Below are positions 19,501-28,039 of a stretch of DNA of 64,000 nucleotides, one piece after another. The notes under the pieces were generated by a model. It saw only the letters and a list, made by a program, of their open reading frames with translations. It made no database searches and was not told the origin of the DNA. Position numbers and translations under genes: made by a program. The DNA is taken from contig CAWCFX010000003.1 of the NCBI GenBank assembly GCA_963795085.1, forward strand, positions 192,001 to 256,000, given 5' to 3'. Source of the DNA: an uncultured Gemmatimonadales bacterium (GTDB lineage: Bacteria; Gemmatimonadota; Gemmatimonadetes; Gemmatimonadales; GWC2-71-9). The number at the start of each line of letters is the position of its first letter. The stretch's first letter is position 1.

Positions 19501-19855
19501 CAAGTACCTGAGTTCGCATCGGGGCCAGATCGCGGAGCGGTTCGGAGCCGTCAACCCATGGTACCAGAACGTGGATGTCCGGATCCTCCAGGACTTCGGG
19601 TTCCGCACCGGCGCCCGCAGCCAGCGCTTTCAGCTGAGTCTGGACGTCCAGAACTTCCTGAACCTGGTCAACTCCGGCTGGGGCGTGCGGAAAGTCGCCA
19701 GCGCCCAGGCCACCAGCCCCCTCACCCTCGTCCGGTTCGATGTCAACGGCGCCCCCGTGTTCAACTATACCGGGCCGGAACAGACCTACATTGACGACCC
19801 CAGCCTCTTCTCCCGCTGGCGGGCGCAACTGGGGCTCCGGTGGTTCTTTGAGTAA
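16589..19855 (+). CDS. TonB-dependent receptor, Oar-like, with N-terminal carboxypeptidase-regulatory-like domain
   Basis: GTG at 16589 after AGGAG; signal peptide; GGPYRV, GGFTGANVNTVTRSGSN, YAQDE, WSPRLGFNW; C-terminal barrel signal QLGLRWFFE. Confidence 0.92.
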   Translation: MATRSPSVAVRLILTIAALAILALPQTLSAQGVTTSAMSGFVFDQDGNPVADANVTATHLPTGTSYRAAVRAGGAYNLPNMRVGGPYRVVASFVGFQPKTESDVFLNLGQNRRLDFRLERQVVELQELTVAGQRDQVLNADRTGAATFITPEQVEALPSIKRSTRDLTRLDPRSDGNFSFGGRNWLYNNVSLDGSYFNNSFGLDDPAPGGQANAEPVPYDAVEQVQVSIAPFDIRQGGFTGANVNTVTRSGSNAFRMSVYGFGRNEKLLGNKVSGQEVVANPDLGFVQAGASFSGALIQDKLFFYVNGEIERTDDPGTNFAASTGSAGFGISRVQRVIMDSIRNRMIQEYNYDPGEYEGYINETDNNKLLVKLDWNVNANNNATLRWNYLDARREQGPHPFVLSFNNTGRGPNESSLPFQKSGYTINNNLHSFAFELNSRGSRFANRFFASYNRFRDFREPFSEDFPTVQIGEGGLTYTTLGSEPFSIHNILDQNVLQLTNNVSLYRGNHAFTVGANFEKFSFFNSFNIFRHGVFFLPAGLFPGTSTFATLDDFFNATDPSNPNQIDFRSFIGSGLYKGEDISVGQVGFYAQDEIALTPRFNLTAGVRVDFPKYFTEPVANPFSTGLVALDENRNPETVDQARLPGSDPLWSPRLGFNWNAVGERRTQLRGGTGIFTGRVPFVWVGNVISNPGANPNLFPAAAPILTQDSSTLAQSFDLNAMDPDFKWPQVWTTNVAVDQQLPWNMLGTLEFIYSKDINAVFMRNADLVAPVGTIPGPDGRPFYGGAGNNELNPDGGAGIYVIDNKDEGYSANLTGQLRKQFGANLDVMLAYSYTQARNNLKSTEIASVLWQNQPVQGDPNNPELSYSEFGQRHRIVGGATWAKNWSEHTRTSIGMFLEIGEGNRFAGAGGNRYSFIYSGDVNGDGAGGNDLIYIPANQGEILFDPYSPPGGGSVTPQEQWDQLDAFIGQDKYLSSHRGQIAERFGAVNPWYQNVDVRILQDFGFRTGARSQRFQLSLDVQNFLNLVNSGWGVRKVASAQATSPLTLVRFDVNGAPVFNYTGPEQTYIDDPSLFSRWRAQLGLRWFFE

Positions 19856-19899
19856 GGGGGTCAGGGCATAGGGCCCAGCGGGCCAACGACGCTACAATT

Positions 19900-19942
19900 G
19901 ACCAAGGGTCCGGGAGAATCCCGGGCCCTTGGTCTGTTTCAT
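19900..19942 (+). terminator. Intrinsic terminator-like hairpin after the TonB receptor
   Basis: 16-bp stem GACCAAGGGTCCGGGA-gaa-TCCCGGGCCCTTGGTC, then TGTTTCAT. Confidence 0.75.
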
Positions 19943-20050
19943 ATCCATCCGAGGCCAACTGCCTCCTCATCCTCTATCACCACTTGCCCCACGGCCCCCT
20001 GCCACCCTTACGCCCTGCCCATTACCGTATGCCCCCTGCTTCTGGCACGC

Positions 20051-20113
20051 TTACCTTCTGGCCCCTTCTCCTCTGGCCCCCTTTACCTCTGGCCCCCTTA
20101 CCCACTGGCCTCC
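20051..20113 (+). repeat. Four degenerate 15-16 bp tandem units (core CTGGCCCC) in a pyrimidine-rich intergenic tract
   Basis: ttaccttctggcccc / ttctcctctggccccc / tttacctctggccccc / ttacccactggcctcc. Confidence 0.8.
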
Positions 20114-20123
20114 TTTTCATCCG

Positions 20124-20153
20124 TTGACTCGTGCCCACTACCTAAGCTATTTT
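20124..20153 (+). promoter_or_regulatory. Putative sigma70 promoter of the prs-rplY-pth-ychF operon
   Basis: TTGACT-N18-TATTTT ending 13 nt before the prs ATG. Confidence 0.55.
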
Positions 20154-20166
20154 CCCCGGCTGACTT

Positions 20167-21120
20167 ATGGCCGATATCTCACTGTCACGCAGCCAGATGC
20201 TCCTGCTCAGCGGGACGGCCAATCGAGCATTGGCCGAAGAACTCGCACAGCATGTGGGGCAGCCGCTCTGCCGGGTCACGATCAAGCGGTTCGCCGACGG
20301 CGAGCTGTTCGTAAAAATCGACGAGAACGTGCGGGGGCGGGACGTCTATATCGTCCAGTCCACCAACCCGCCGGCGGAAAATCTCATGGAGCTGCTGCTC
20401 CTGATCGATGCCGCCAAGCGGGCCAGCGCGGCGCGGGTGACGGCGGTGTTGCCTTATTTCGGGTATGCCCGGCAGGATCGCAAGGACCAGCCCCGGGTCG
20501 CCATCAGCGCCAAGCTGATCGCCAACATGATCTCGGTGGCCGGCGCGGACCGGGTCCTGGGCCTGGATTTCCACCAGCACCAGATGCAGGGATTTTTTGA
20601 TATCCCGGTGGACCACCTGTACGCGGCCCCGGTAATGGTCAACCACTTCCGTCAGATCTCGCTTCACGATCCGGTCGTGGTGGCGCCGGATGTCGGATCG
20701 GCCAAGATGGCCCGGGGTTTCGCCAAGCGGCTGAATGCCTCGCTGGCCATCATCGACAAGCGGCGGCCCTCGGCCAACATCGCCGAGGTGGTCAACGTGG
20801 TCGGCGAGGTTGAAGGGAAGGACTGTGTCATTCCGGACGACATGATCGACACCGGGGGCACCATGACCGAAGCCGTGCACGCCCTGAAACGGCTGGGCGC
20901 CCGGGACGTGTACTGCTGCGCCACCCATGCCCTGCTCTCCGGCCCCGCCGTCGAGCGGTTCGTGAACAGCCCGGTCAAGGAAGTCGTGGTCACCAACACG
21001 ATCGCACTGCCGCCGGAGCGAAAGTTCGACCGGCTCAAGATTCTCTCGGTTGGAGGGCTGCTCTCCAAGGCGATCGGGTACACCCACAGCGACCAGTCGG
21101 TCAGTTCGCTGTTCGAATAG
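20167..21120 (+). CDS. prs: Ribose-phosphate pyrophosphokinase
   Basis: FADGE, PYFGYARQDRK, VVAPDVG, DDMIDTGGT. Confidence 0.97.
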   Translation: MADISLSRSQMLLLSGTANRALAEELAQHVGQPLCRVTIKRFADGELFVKIDENVRGRDVYIVQSTNPPAENLMELLLLIDAAKRASAARVTAVLPYFGYARQDRKDQPRVAISAKLIANMISVAGADRVLGLDFHQHQMQGFFDIPVDHLYAAPVMVNHFRQISLHDPVVVAPDVGSAKMARGFAKRLNASLAIIDKRRPSANIAEVVNVVGEVEGKDCVIPDDMIDTGGTMTEAVHALKRLGARDVYCCATHALLSGPAVERFVNSPVKEVVVTNTIALPPERKFDRLKILSVGGLLSKAIGYTHSDQSVSSLFE

Positions 21121-21173
21121 TGCATCACTCAGTACTCAGTACTGAGACAGAACTTCAATCTCAGGAAGCGGTT

Positions 21174-21842
21174 ATGGCAAACCAGGTGAGTTTGGAAGCG
21201 ACGAGCCGGTCCGAGTCCGGCAAGGGCGTAGCACGTAAACTTCGCAGCGCGGGCAAGATTCCCGCCGTTATCTACGGCCACGGTCGGGATCCGGAAGCCC
21301 TGGTGGTCGAGACCAGCGCCTTCTCCAAGGCCCTCGCCTCGGTGAGCGGGGCGACCATCATTGACGTAACGGTGGACGGCCGGGCGCCGGTAAAGGCGCT
21401 GATCCGGGACATCCAGCGGAACCCCATTCGCCCCGGCGACGTGCTCCACGTCGACCTCTACGAGGTCAAGGCGGATGAGAAAATCACAGTGGAGGTACCG
21501 GTGCACCTTGTCGGCACTCCCGACGGCGTCCGGAACTCCGGCGGCGTGCTGGACCAGTCCCTCCGCGAGCTCGAAATCGAGGTCTATCCGGCCGACATCC
21601 CGGCCCACATCGACATCGACGTCTCCGCCCTCATCATCGGCCATTCCATCTATGTCCGCGACGTCAAGGTCGACAAGGTCAAGATCCTCAATGACCCCGA
21701 CATCCCGGTCTGCACGGTGGTAGCCCCGCGGGCCGAGGAAGCGGCGACGCCAGTGGTAGGCGAGACCGCAGCGGCATCGACCGAACCGGAGCTGATCCGC
21801 AAGGCGAAGCCGGAGGACGAGGACGCCGAAGAAGAGAAGTAA
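21174..21842 (+). CDS. rplY: 50S ribosomal protein L25/Ctc (long form)
   Basis: GKGVARKLR, IPAVIYG, HVDLY, GGVLDQ; acidic tail; prs-rplY-pth order. Confidence 0.96.
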   Translation: MANQVSLEATSRSESGKGVARKLRSAGKIPAVIYGHGRDPEALVVETSAFSKALASVSGATIIDVTVDGRAPVKALIRDIQRNPIRPGDVLHVDLYEVKADEKITVEVPVHLVGTPDGVRNSGGVLDQSLRELEIEVYPADIPAHIDIDVSALIIGHSIYVRDVKVDKVKILNDPDIPVCTVVAPRAEEAATPVVGETAAASTEPELIRKAKPEDEDAEEEK

Positions 21843-21845
21843 CCC

Positions 21846-22418
21846 CTGCGCGCCATCATGGGCCTGGGCAACCCGGGCCCGGAATACGAGGGGACTCGGC
21901 ACAACGCCGGATTCGACCTCGCCGATCACCTGGCGGCGCGCTGGGGCATGCTCCCGTTCAAGCGGGGCGACGCAGCCCGGGAGACCCGGGGCCGGGTGGG
22001 TCACGAAGTGGTCCGCCTGCTCAAGCCGGATACCTACATGAACCGAAGCGGGGCCGCGCTGGCCCCGCTTCGGTCGCTTCCGGACTTCGATGCCGCCCGC
22101 GATCTCCTCGTCCTGGTAGACGAGGTGGCCATCCCCGTGGGAACCTTCCGGCTGCGAGGCGCCGGTTCCCCCGGCGGGCACAACGGCCTCAAGAGCATCG
22201 AGGGCGCCCTGCGGCAGCAGGACTACGCCCGGCTCCGGATCGGGGTGGGACCCTTTCCCCCCGGCTGGGACGATCTCGCCGATTTCGTCCTGGGACGCTT
22301 GACCCGCGAGGAACGCGACCTTATCGCGGGCCTCCTCGATCCCATGGCTGAAGCGGTCGAGTGCTGGATCGAATCCGGCATCGAGAAGGCGATGAACGTC
22401 CACAACAGAAAAGAGTGA
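21846..22418 (+). CDS. pth: Peptidyl-tRNA hydrolase (probable CTG start at 21846; first ATG is 21858)
   Basis: GLGNPG..Y..TRHNAGF, KPDTYMNRSG, GGHNGLKSI, RLRIGVG. Confidence 0.95.
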   Translation: MRAIMGLGNPGPEYEGTRHNAGFDLADHLAARWGMLPFKRGDAARETRGRVGHEVVRLLKPDTYMNRSGAALAPLRSLPDFDAARDLLVLVDEVAIPVGTFRLRGAGSPGGHNGLKSIEGALRQQDYARLRIGVGPFPPGWDDLADFVLGRLTREERDLIAGLLDPMAEAVECWIESGIEKAMNVHNRKE

Positions 22419-22427
22419 CAGGGTTCG

Positions 22428-23525
22428 ATGCTCAGGCTCGGTATTGTCGGTCTCCCCAATGTCGGAAAATCCACCCTCTTCAACGCCCTTACCTCCGCCG
22501 GGGCCCTGGTGGCGAACTATCCGTTCGCGACGATCGAGCCCAATACCGGCGTGGTCCAGGTACCCGATCCGCGGCTGGACCGGTTGGCGGACATCGTGAA
22601 GCCGGAGCGCACCGTGCCGGCCACCGTCGAGTTCCTGGACATTGCCGGCCTCGTCAAAGGCGCCAGCCAGGGTGAAGGCCTCGGCAACCAGTTCCTCGCC
22701 AACATTCGCGAGGTGGATGCCATCGTGAACGTAGTTCGCTGCTTCGAGGACCCCGACATCCAGCACGTGATGGGCAGCGTGGATCCGGTCCGGGATCGCG
22801 AGATCATCAACATCGAGCTGGGTCTCTCCGACCTCGCCAGCGTCGAAAAGCGGCTCGACAAAAGCGCCCGGGCCGCCAAGTCGGGCGATGCCCAGGCCAG
22901 GATCGAAGCGCGGCTGCTGGAACAGCTCCAGCGCGTCCTGGCCGACGGCAAGCCGGCCCGGGCCGTAGTTCCGACCGACGAAGAGACGCCGACCTACCGA
23001 TCCTTCAACCTGCTGACCTCCAAGCCCGAACTGTACGCCGCCAACGTCGCCGAAGACCAGGTCGTCACCGGGAACCAGTACGTGGAGGCGCTGCAGGCCT
23101 CCATCGACCGGGATCACGAACCTGCTGAGGTCGTCACCTTCTCCGCCAAGGTGGAGATGGAACTGGCCGAGCTGGCCCCCGGTGACCGGGGAGACTTCCT
23201 CGCCTCGCTGGGGCTCCAGGAGTCCGGGCTCGACCGGCTGGCCCACGCGGCCTATCACCTGATGGGACTCCAGAGCTACTTCACCGCCGGCGAGAAGGAG
23301 GTCCGGGCCTGGACCATCCGGAAGGGCGACAAGGCGCCCGCGGCGGCCGGGGTAATCCACAGCGATTTCGAGAAAGGCTTCATTCGGGCCGAGACCGTCG
23401 CATACGATGACTTCGTGCGGGTCGGCGGCTGGAAGCCGGCCAGGGAACAGGGCCTGGCCCGGGCGGAAGGAAAGGAATACGTGGTGCAGGACGGCGACGT
23501 ACTGCTGTTCCGGTTCAACCCCTAG
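22428..23525 (+). CDS. ychF: Redox-regulated ATPase YchF
   Basis: [49 protein letters not shown] domain. Confidence 0.97.
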   Translation: MLRLGIVGLPNVGKSTLFNALTSAGALVANYPFATIEPNTGVVQVPDPRLDRLADIVKPERTVPATVEFLDIAGLVKGASQGEGLGNQFLANIREVDAIVNVVRCFEDPDIQHVMGSVDPVRDREIINIELGLSDLASVEKRLDKSARAAKSGDAQARIEARLLEQLQRVLADGKPARAVVPTDEETPTYRSFNLLTSKPELYAANVAEDQVVTGNQYVEALQASIDRDHEPAEVVTFSAKVEMELAELAPGDRGDFLASLGLQESGLDRLAHAAYHLMGLQSYFTAGEKEVRAWTIRKGDKAPAAAGVIHSDFEKGFIRAETVAYDDFVRVGGWKPAREQGLARAEGKEYVVQDGDVLLFRFNP

Positions 23526-23599
23526 CCGGCCCGTGGACAGGGGTACCGCCACCCGGTCCCCCCGTTTATCTTGCTGCCGCACAAAAGCTTACTCCTCCT

Positions 23600-23645
23600 C
23601 GGCACCACACCAGAGCCGGGGCGCCCACGTCCAAAGGAAGGTGTC
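23600..23645 (+). promoter_or_regulatory. Candidate S6:S18 ribosomal protein leader
   Basis: Outer pairing GGCACC/GGTGTC encloses a CCG and the hairpin GGGCG-ccca-CGTCC, with the SD (AAGGAAGG) opposite; lies directly before rpsF. Confidence 0.4.
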
Positions 23646-23996
23646 ATGATCCGTCAGTATGAGGTGGTCTATATCTTCGACAGTGCGCTCGAAGAGGCCG
23701 CCGTCACCGAGAAGCTCGCCCGCTTCCACGCCCTCATTCAGCAGCCCGGCGAAGCCGTTCAGCCCGAGTTGAATCACTGGGGCAAGCGCAGCCTGGCCTA
23801 TCCCATCCGGAAACACGAAACCGGCTACTACGTCATCGCCAAGTTCGAGACTTCGGGCGAGAAGCTGCCGGAATTCGAGCGCGCCATCAAGCTGGACGAG
23901 AGCGTGCTGCGCTTCCTGGTCGTCCTCGCCGAAAATGCCCAGCCCGCCCCGGTTGCCGTGGCCAAGGCCGAGACCGATGAGGAGGACGACGAATGA
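23646..23996 (+). CDS. rpsF: 30S ribosomal protein S6
   Basis: [28 protein letters not shown]. Confidence 0.97.
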   Translation: MIRQYEVVYIFDSALEEAAVTEKLARFHALIQQPGEAVQPELNHWGKRSLAYPIRKHETGYYVIAKFETSGEKLPEFERAIKLDESVLRFLVVLAENAQPAPVAVAKAETDEEDDE

Positions 23997-24214
23997 AACG
24001 GATGCAGAAAGTCTGCCCCATCTGCGAGTTGAGCCTCCGCGTCATCGACTACAAGGATGAGCGGCTCCTCTCCCGGTTTCTCACCGAGCGGGGCAAGATC
24101 CTGCCCCGCCGGCTGTCGGGCTGCTGCGCGCGGCACCAGCGGCAGATGAGCACGGCGATCAAGCGGGCCCGGGAGCTGGCCCTGATCCCGTACATCAAGG
24201 GTCATGTAGGCTGA
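23993..24214 (+). CDS. rpsR: 30S ribosomal protein S18 (Zn-ligand-retaining form)
   Basis: CPIC, IDYKD, GKILPRR, CARHQR, AIKRAR. Confidence 0.97.
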   Translation: MKRMQKVCPICELSLRVIDYKDERLLSRFLTERGKILPRRLSGCCARHQRQMSTAIKRARELALIPYIKGHVG

Positions 24215-25206
24215 ACCACCCGGACCCCGAAGTCCCGGAGCAACCGACTTCTCCCGCGGGGGCGATCTTTGCCCTCGCGGCGCTGTTTCTGATCGCCCCG
24301 TCTCCCCTGATGTTCCTGGTACCGATGGCGGGGTTGCTGCTGGTGACCCGCCCTGCCAATGGCCGGGAATGGCGGTGGCTCGCCGTCACCGGCGGCCTGA
24401 GCCTGGTCTGGCTCGCCGGGACTGGCGGTATCGCGGACCAGGCGGTCAACGCCATGGCGGTGCTCATGACCGGGGCGTTCATCGCCCTGAGCGCCGCGGA
24501 CGGGCGTCCCGCGTTTACCCGGGCGGCCTGGGCGGTCCTGCTCGCCACCGCCGGCATCGTGGTGTGGAGCCTGGTACTGGGCATCCGCTGGACCGACGTC
24601 GAACTGGCCCTGACCCGGCAGTGGTGGGAGTTCAGCCGGACCCTCCGCACCGTGGCGATCTTCGCCGAAGTGTCCGCGGAGCGCCAGGAGTTCATCCAGC
24701 GGATGGCCGATGCCGGCCGCCCCATTGCCCGGCTGTTCCCGGCCCGGCTGGTCATCAGCGGCATGATGGGGCTGACGGTGGCCGCCACCTGGCACCTGCG
24801 AGTCACCGGGCGGCCCCTCGGCCGGGCGGTGGACCGACTCAGCAGCTTCCGGTTCACGGATCACCTCGTATGGCTGGTGATTCTCTGCCTGGCGCTGCTG
24901 CTGCTGCCCCGGGTCCAGCTGATCGAAGACTGGACGCTGCGCTCGCCCATCGCCGATGTGCTGTTCTACGCGGTCGGCTACTGGTCCCCGGTCGCCACCA
25001 ATGTGCTGGTGGTTTGCGGCGCCCTGTACGTAGCGCGAGGAGGCGCGGTGGTAGGGCGCATGCTCCGCCCCGGACCGGCGATCATCCTGGCCGTGATCGC
25101 CACCCTGTTTCTGTTACCTTTCGCGCTGGCCGGTTTGGCCAGCCTGGGGCTGGCGGACACCTGGATCGACTTCCGGCGCAGGCTCGACGCCAGGGCGCGC
25201 GGATAG
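24211..25206 (+). CDS. DUF2232/YybS-like membrane protein (start uncertain: CTG 24211 or ATG 24310)
   Basis: Multiple TMs; C-terminal [12 protein letters not shown]; typical position between rpsR and rplI. Confidence 0.75.
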   Translation: MNHPDPEVPEQPTSPAGAIFALAALFLIAPSPLMFLVPMAGLLLVTRPANGREWRWLAVTGGLSLVWLAGTGGIADQAVNAMAVLMTGAFIALSAADGRPAFTRAAWAVLLATAGIVVWSLVLGIRWTDVELALTRQWWEFSRTLRTVAIFAEVSAERQEFIQRMADAGRPIARLFPARLVISGMMGLTVAATWHLRVTGRPLGRAVDRLSSFRFTDHLVWLVILCLALLLLPRVQLIEDWTLRSPIADVLFYAVGYWSPVATNVLVVCGALYVARGGAVVGRMLRPGPAIILAVIATLFLLPFALAGLASLGLADTWIDFRRRLDARARG

Positions 25207-25255
25207 GAAAATCGAGACCGTGGATCCGTAGGATGCAGTGGGCCGCTGGAACAAT

Positions 25256-25297
25256 CAGTACTTCGCACTCTGTACTTTGCACTCTGCACTCTGCACT
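25256..25297 (+). repeat. Six degenerate heptamer units (consensus CTGCACT) before rplI
   Basis: cagtact tcgcact ctgtact ttgcact ctgcact ctgcact. Confidence 0.9.
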
Positions 25298-25314
25298 CAA
25301 CCTTGAGGCACACA

Positions 25315-25761
25315 ATGTTGGAAGTCATTCTGCGGGAAGACATCAAGACCCTGGGTAAGGCCGGCGAGATGGTGCGGGTCAAGCCGGGTTACGCCCGGAA
25401 CTACCTGCTTCCCCAGGGGCTGGCCTACGAGGCCACCGAAGGCAATAAGAAGCGCATCGCGGCCGAATCGAAAGCGCGGGGCGTCAAGCAGGAGGCCGAG
25501 AAGACCGCAGCCACCAAGGTCGCCAACTCGCTGGGCGCGCTCACCGTGACCATCACCGGCAAAGCGGGCGAGGGCGACCGGCTGTTCGGGTCGATCACCG
25601 CCAATGATATCGCGGACGCGCTGGCGGCCCAGGGCCACCAGATCGACAAGCGCAAGATCGACCTCGATCACCCCATCAAGAGCCTGGGCGAGCACACCGT
25701 GATGCTGCGGCTGCATCCGGAAGTGCAGGCCGAGATCAAAGTCTCGGTCACGCCCGAGTAA
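25315..25761 (+). CDS. rplI: 50S ribosomal protein L9
   Basis: EVILREDIKTLGKAG, VKPGYARNYLLP, RLFGSIT. Confidence 0.97.
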   Translation: MLEVILREDIKTLGKAGEMVRVKPGYARNYLLPQGLAYEATEGNKKRIAAESKARGVKQEAEKTAATKVANSLGALTVTITGKAGEGDRLFGSITANDIADALAAQGHQIDKRKIDLDHPIKSLGEHTVMLRLHPEVQAEIKVSVTPE

Positions 25762-25773
25762 ACCCCGGCCGAT

Positions 25774-27570
25774 ATGGCCATCGCCTATGTGGACGGGCCC
25801 CGCCTGGCGCGGGCGCTCTTTGCCGCCTCCGACTGGGTCGCGGCGGGCCGGGACGAGATCAACCGCATCAATGTCTTCCCCGTCCCCGATGGCGATACCG
25901 GCACCAATTTCAGCCTGACCCTCCGTTCCGTCGCCGATGCGCTCCGCGCCCTCGGCGACGCGCCGCTTTCGGACACCGTTCAGGCCATGGCGCGGGGCGC
26001 CGTCCTCGGCGCCCGGGGCAACTCCGGCATGATGCTGGCCCATTTCCTCCTCGGCTTCGCCGATGCGCTCGGGTCGGTCCCCGCCGCCACCACCCCGGAG
26101 ATCGCCCGCGCCATCCGGGCCGGCGCCGACCGGCTCTGCGGTTCCCTCGATGATCCCCGCGAAGGGACTATTCTCACCGTAGCCCGTGACGCCGCCGTGG
26201 CGATGGAACGAAGCGCGCACCCCGGGATGGATCTCGCCGATTTCATGGGGCAGTTCCTGGCCGAGGGCGAACGGGCGCTGGCCCGGACCCCGGAGTTGAT
26301 GGCGGTCCTGCGCGAGGCCGGGGTCGTGGATGCCGGCGGCAAGGCGTTTGTCCGGATGATCGAGGGGGTGGTCCGGCTCATCGAGGGCGACCCCATTCTG
26401 CCTTCCACCGCGGACTTCTCCACCGAGGCCCTCAGCCCGGCCGCCCTGGCGGATGTGGCGGCCGAACGTGACTACCAGTACTGCACCGAGGTCATGGTTC
26501 GGGGGGAAGGCCTCCCCCCGGCGAACGACGTTCGCCAGGCGATGCGGCAGTTCGGCGGCTCCCTGGTCGTCCTGGTGGCGGGGAACCTGCTCAAGGTGCA
26601 TGTGCACACCGATACCCCCGATGCCGTCTTTACCTATGCGGCGCGCTGGGGTTCCCTTGAAGCCACCAAGGCCGACGACATGCGGGCCCAGCACCGGGAA
26701 CTGGCCCACGCCGAACGGCGCCCGGTCGCGATCGTCACCGACTCATCCTGCGACCTGTCCGATGCCATTCTTGACCGGCATCACATCGCCCTGGTTCCGC
26801 TGCAGGTCATGTTTGGAACGGAGACGTTCCAGGACCGGCTGGGGCTCAAGCCGGAAGAGTTCTACCGGCGGCTGCGGAGCGCCCCCGATCTTCCGACCAC
26901 CTCACAACCGGCGCCCGCGGACTTCGTGCGGGTGTTCCGCGATGCCCGGGCGGAGGCCGAGGAAGTGGTAGCGGTCCTGCTGTCTGCGAGCCTCTCGGGG
27001 ACGTACCAGTCGGCAGTGGCGGCAATCAAGGCCGCCAACCTGACCCGCGTGCACACGGTGGACAGCGGTTCGGCCTCGCTGGGGCTGGGGTTGCTGGCCC
27101 TCCGCGCCGCGGAGCTGGCGGAATCGGGCTGGGCGGCGGAGCGGATCGCCGCCGAGTTGCGGCGGCTTCGAGGCCAGGCCGGCTCTTTTATTACGGTGGA
27201 CCGGTTCGACAACCTGATCCGCTCCGGGCGGGTCACCAGGGGCAAGGCGTGGCTGGCCGGCGTCCTCGACGTCAAGCCGATCCTGTCCCTCGATCCCTCG
27301 GGGCGGGTGGTACCGGTGGACCGGGTGCGCGGGCGGGACAACGTGGTGCCGCGGGTGCTGGCCCTGCTGGACCGGCAACTGACCCCGCGGCCCCGGGCAA
27401 TCCGCTTCGGGGTCGTTCATGCCGAAGCCCCGGAGATCGCCGAACGGGTCCGAACCGCCCTGGTCGCCGCATATCAGCCGCGGGACTGCTTTGTCTCGGT
27501 AGCCACCGGCGTCCTCGGCACGCATGTCGGCCCGGGGGCATGGGGGCTATTTTACGTCGTAGAGGATTGA
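25774..27570 (+). CDS. DAK2 (FakA-like) - DegV (FakB-like) fusion protein
   Basis: INVFPVPDGDTGTN, GARGNSG, EGTILTVA, VVDAGG, KVHVHT, then IVTDSSCDL, TTSQP, LSGTYQSA, THVGPG. Confidence 0.92.
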   Translation: MAIAYVDGPRLARALFAASDWVAAGRDEINRINVFPVPDGDTGTNFSLTLRSVADALRALGDAPLSDTVQAMARGAVLGARGNSGMMLAHFLLGFADALGSVPAATTPEIARAIRAGADRLCGSLDDPREGTILTVARDAAVAMERSAHPGMDLADFMGQFLAEGERALARTPELMAVLREAGVVDAGGKAFVRMIEGVVRLIEGDPILPSTADFSTEALSPAALADVAAERDYQYCTEVMVRGEGLPPANDVRQAMRQFGGSLVVLVAGNLLKVHVHTDTPDAVFTYAARWGSLEATKADDMRAQHRELAHAERRPVAIVTDSSCDLSDAILDRHHIALVPLQVMFGTETFQDRLGLKPEEFYRRLRSAPDLPTTSQPAPADFVRVFRDARAEAEEVVAVLLSASLSGTYQSAVAAIKAANLTRVHTVDSGSASLGLGLLALRAAELAESGWAAERIAAELRRLRGQAGSFITVDRFDNLIRSGRVTRGKAWLAGVLDVKPILSLDPSGRVVPVDRVRGRDNVVPRVLALLDRQLTPRPRAIRFGVVHAEAPEIAERVRTALVAAYQPRDCFVSVATGVLGTHVGPGAWGLFYVVED

Positions 27571-27678
27571 CGGCCCCTGGCGGCCGCCCCCGTCCCTTTC
27601 TGGGTCCACCCGGAAGGACACAGTGTCCACTCCCGCGCGAGGATACAACCAATCGACACGCCCGTTCGTACCAGGAAG

Positions 27679-28026
27679 ATGGACCTGCCGGATCAGCTGC
27701 AGGCGGCGTTGAACGCGATGGACGACCTCAAGGCCCGCCAGGTGGTCGTGCTCGACCTCCGGGGTCTGAACGATGCCACGGATTTCTTCGTGATCGCGTC
27801 CGGCACGTCCGATGCACATGTCCGCGGCATCGCCGATTCCGTCATGGAGAAAATGGGTCGCCATGGGGTGAAGACCCACCACGTCGAAGGCCTTCCCGGC
27901 GGCCGCTGGGTGCTCCTGGACTACGTCGATTTCGTGATTCACCTGTTTCACCCGGAAACCCGGTCCTTCTATCAGCTGGAGCGGCTCTGGAACGATGCTC
28001 CAGAATTCCTCGCCAGCTCGTCATGA
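27679..28026 (+). CDS. rsfS: Ribosome silencing factor
   Basis: KA..VVVLDL, DFFVIASG, WVLLDY, RSFYQLERLW. Confidence 0.96.
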   Translation: MDLPDQLQAALNAMDDLKARQVVVLDLRGLNDATDFFVIASGTSDAHVRGIADSVMEKMGRHGVKTHHVEGLPGGRWVLLDYVDFVIHLFHPETRSFYQLERLWNDAPEFLASSS

Positions 28027-28039
28027 GCAGGGGTATGGC

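Noticed and set aside
19960..20120. Possible CRISPR array
   Set aside because: Units are 15-16 bp, degenerate and contiguous, with no unique spacers.
16287..20166. Active integrative element at tRNA-Gln
   Set aside because: I found no integrase or transposase and no direct repeat of the tRNA 3' end.
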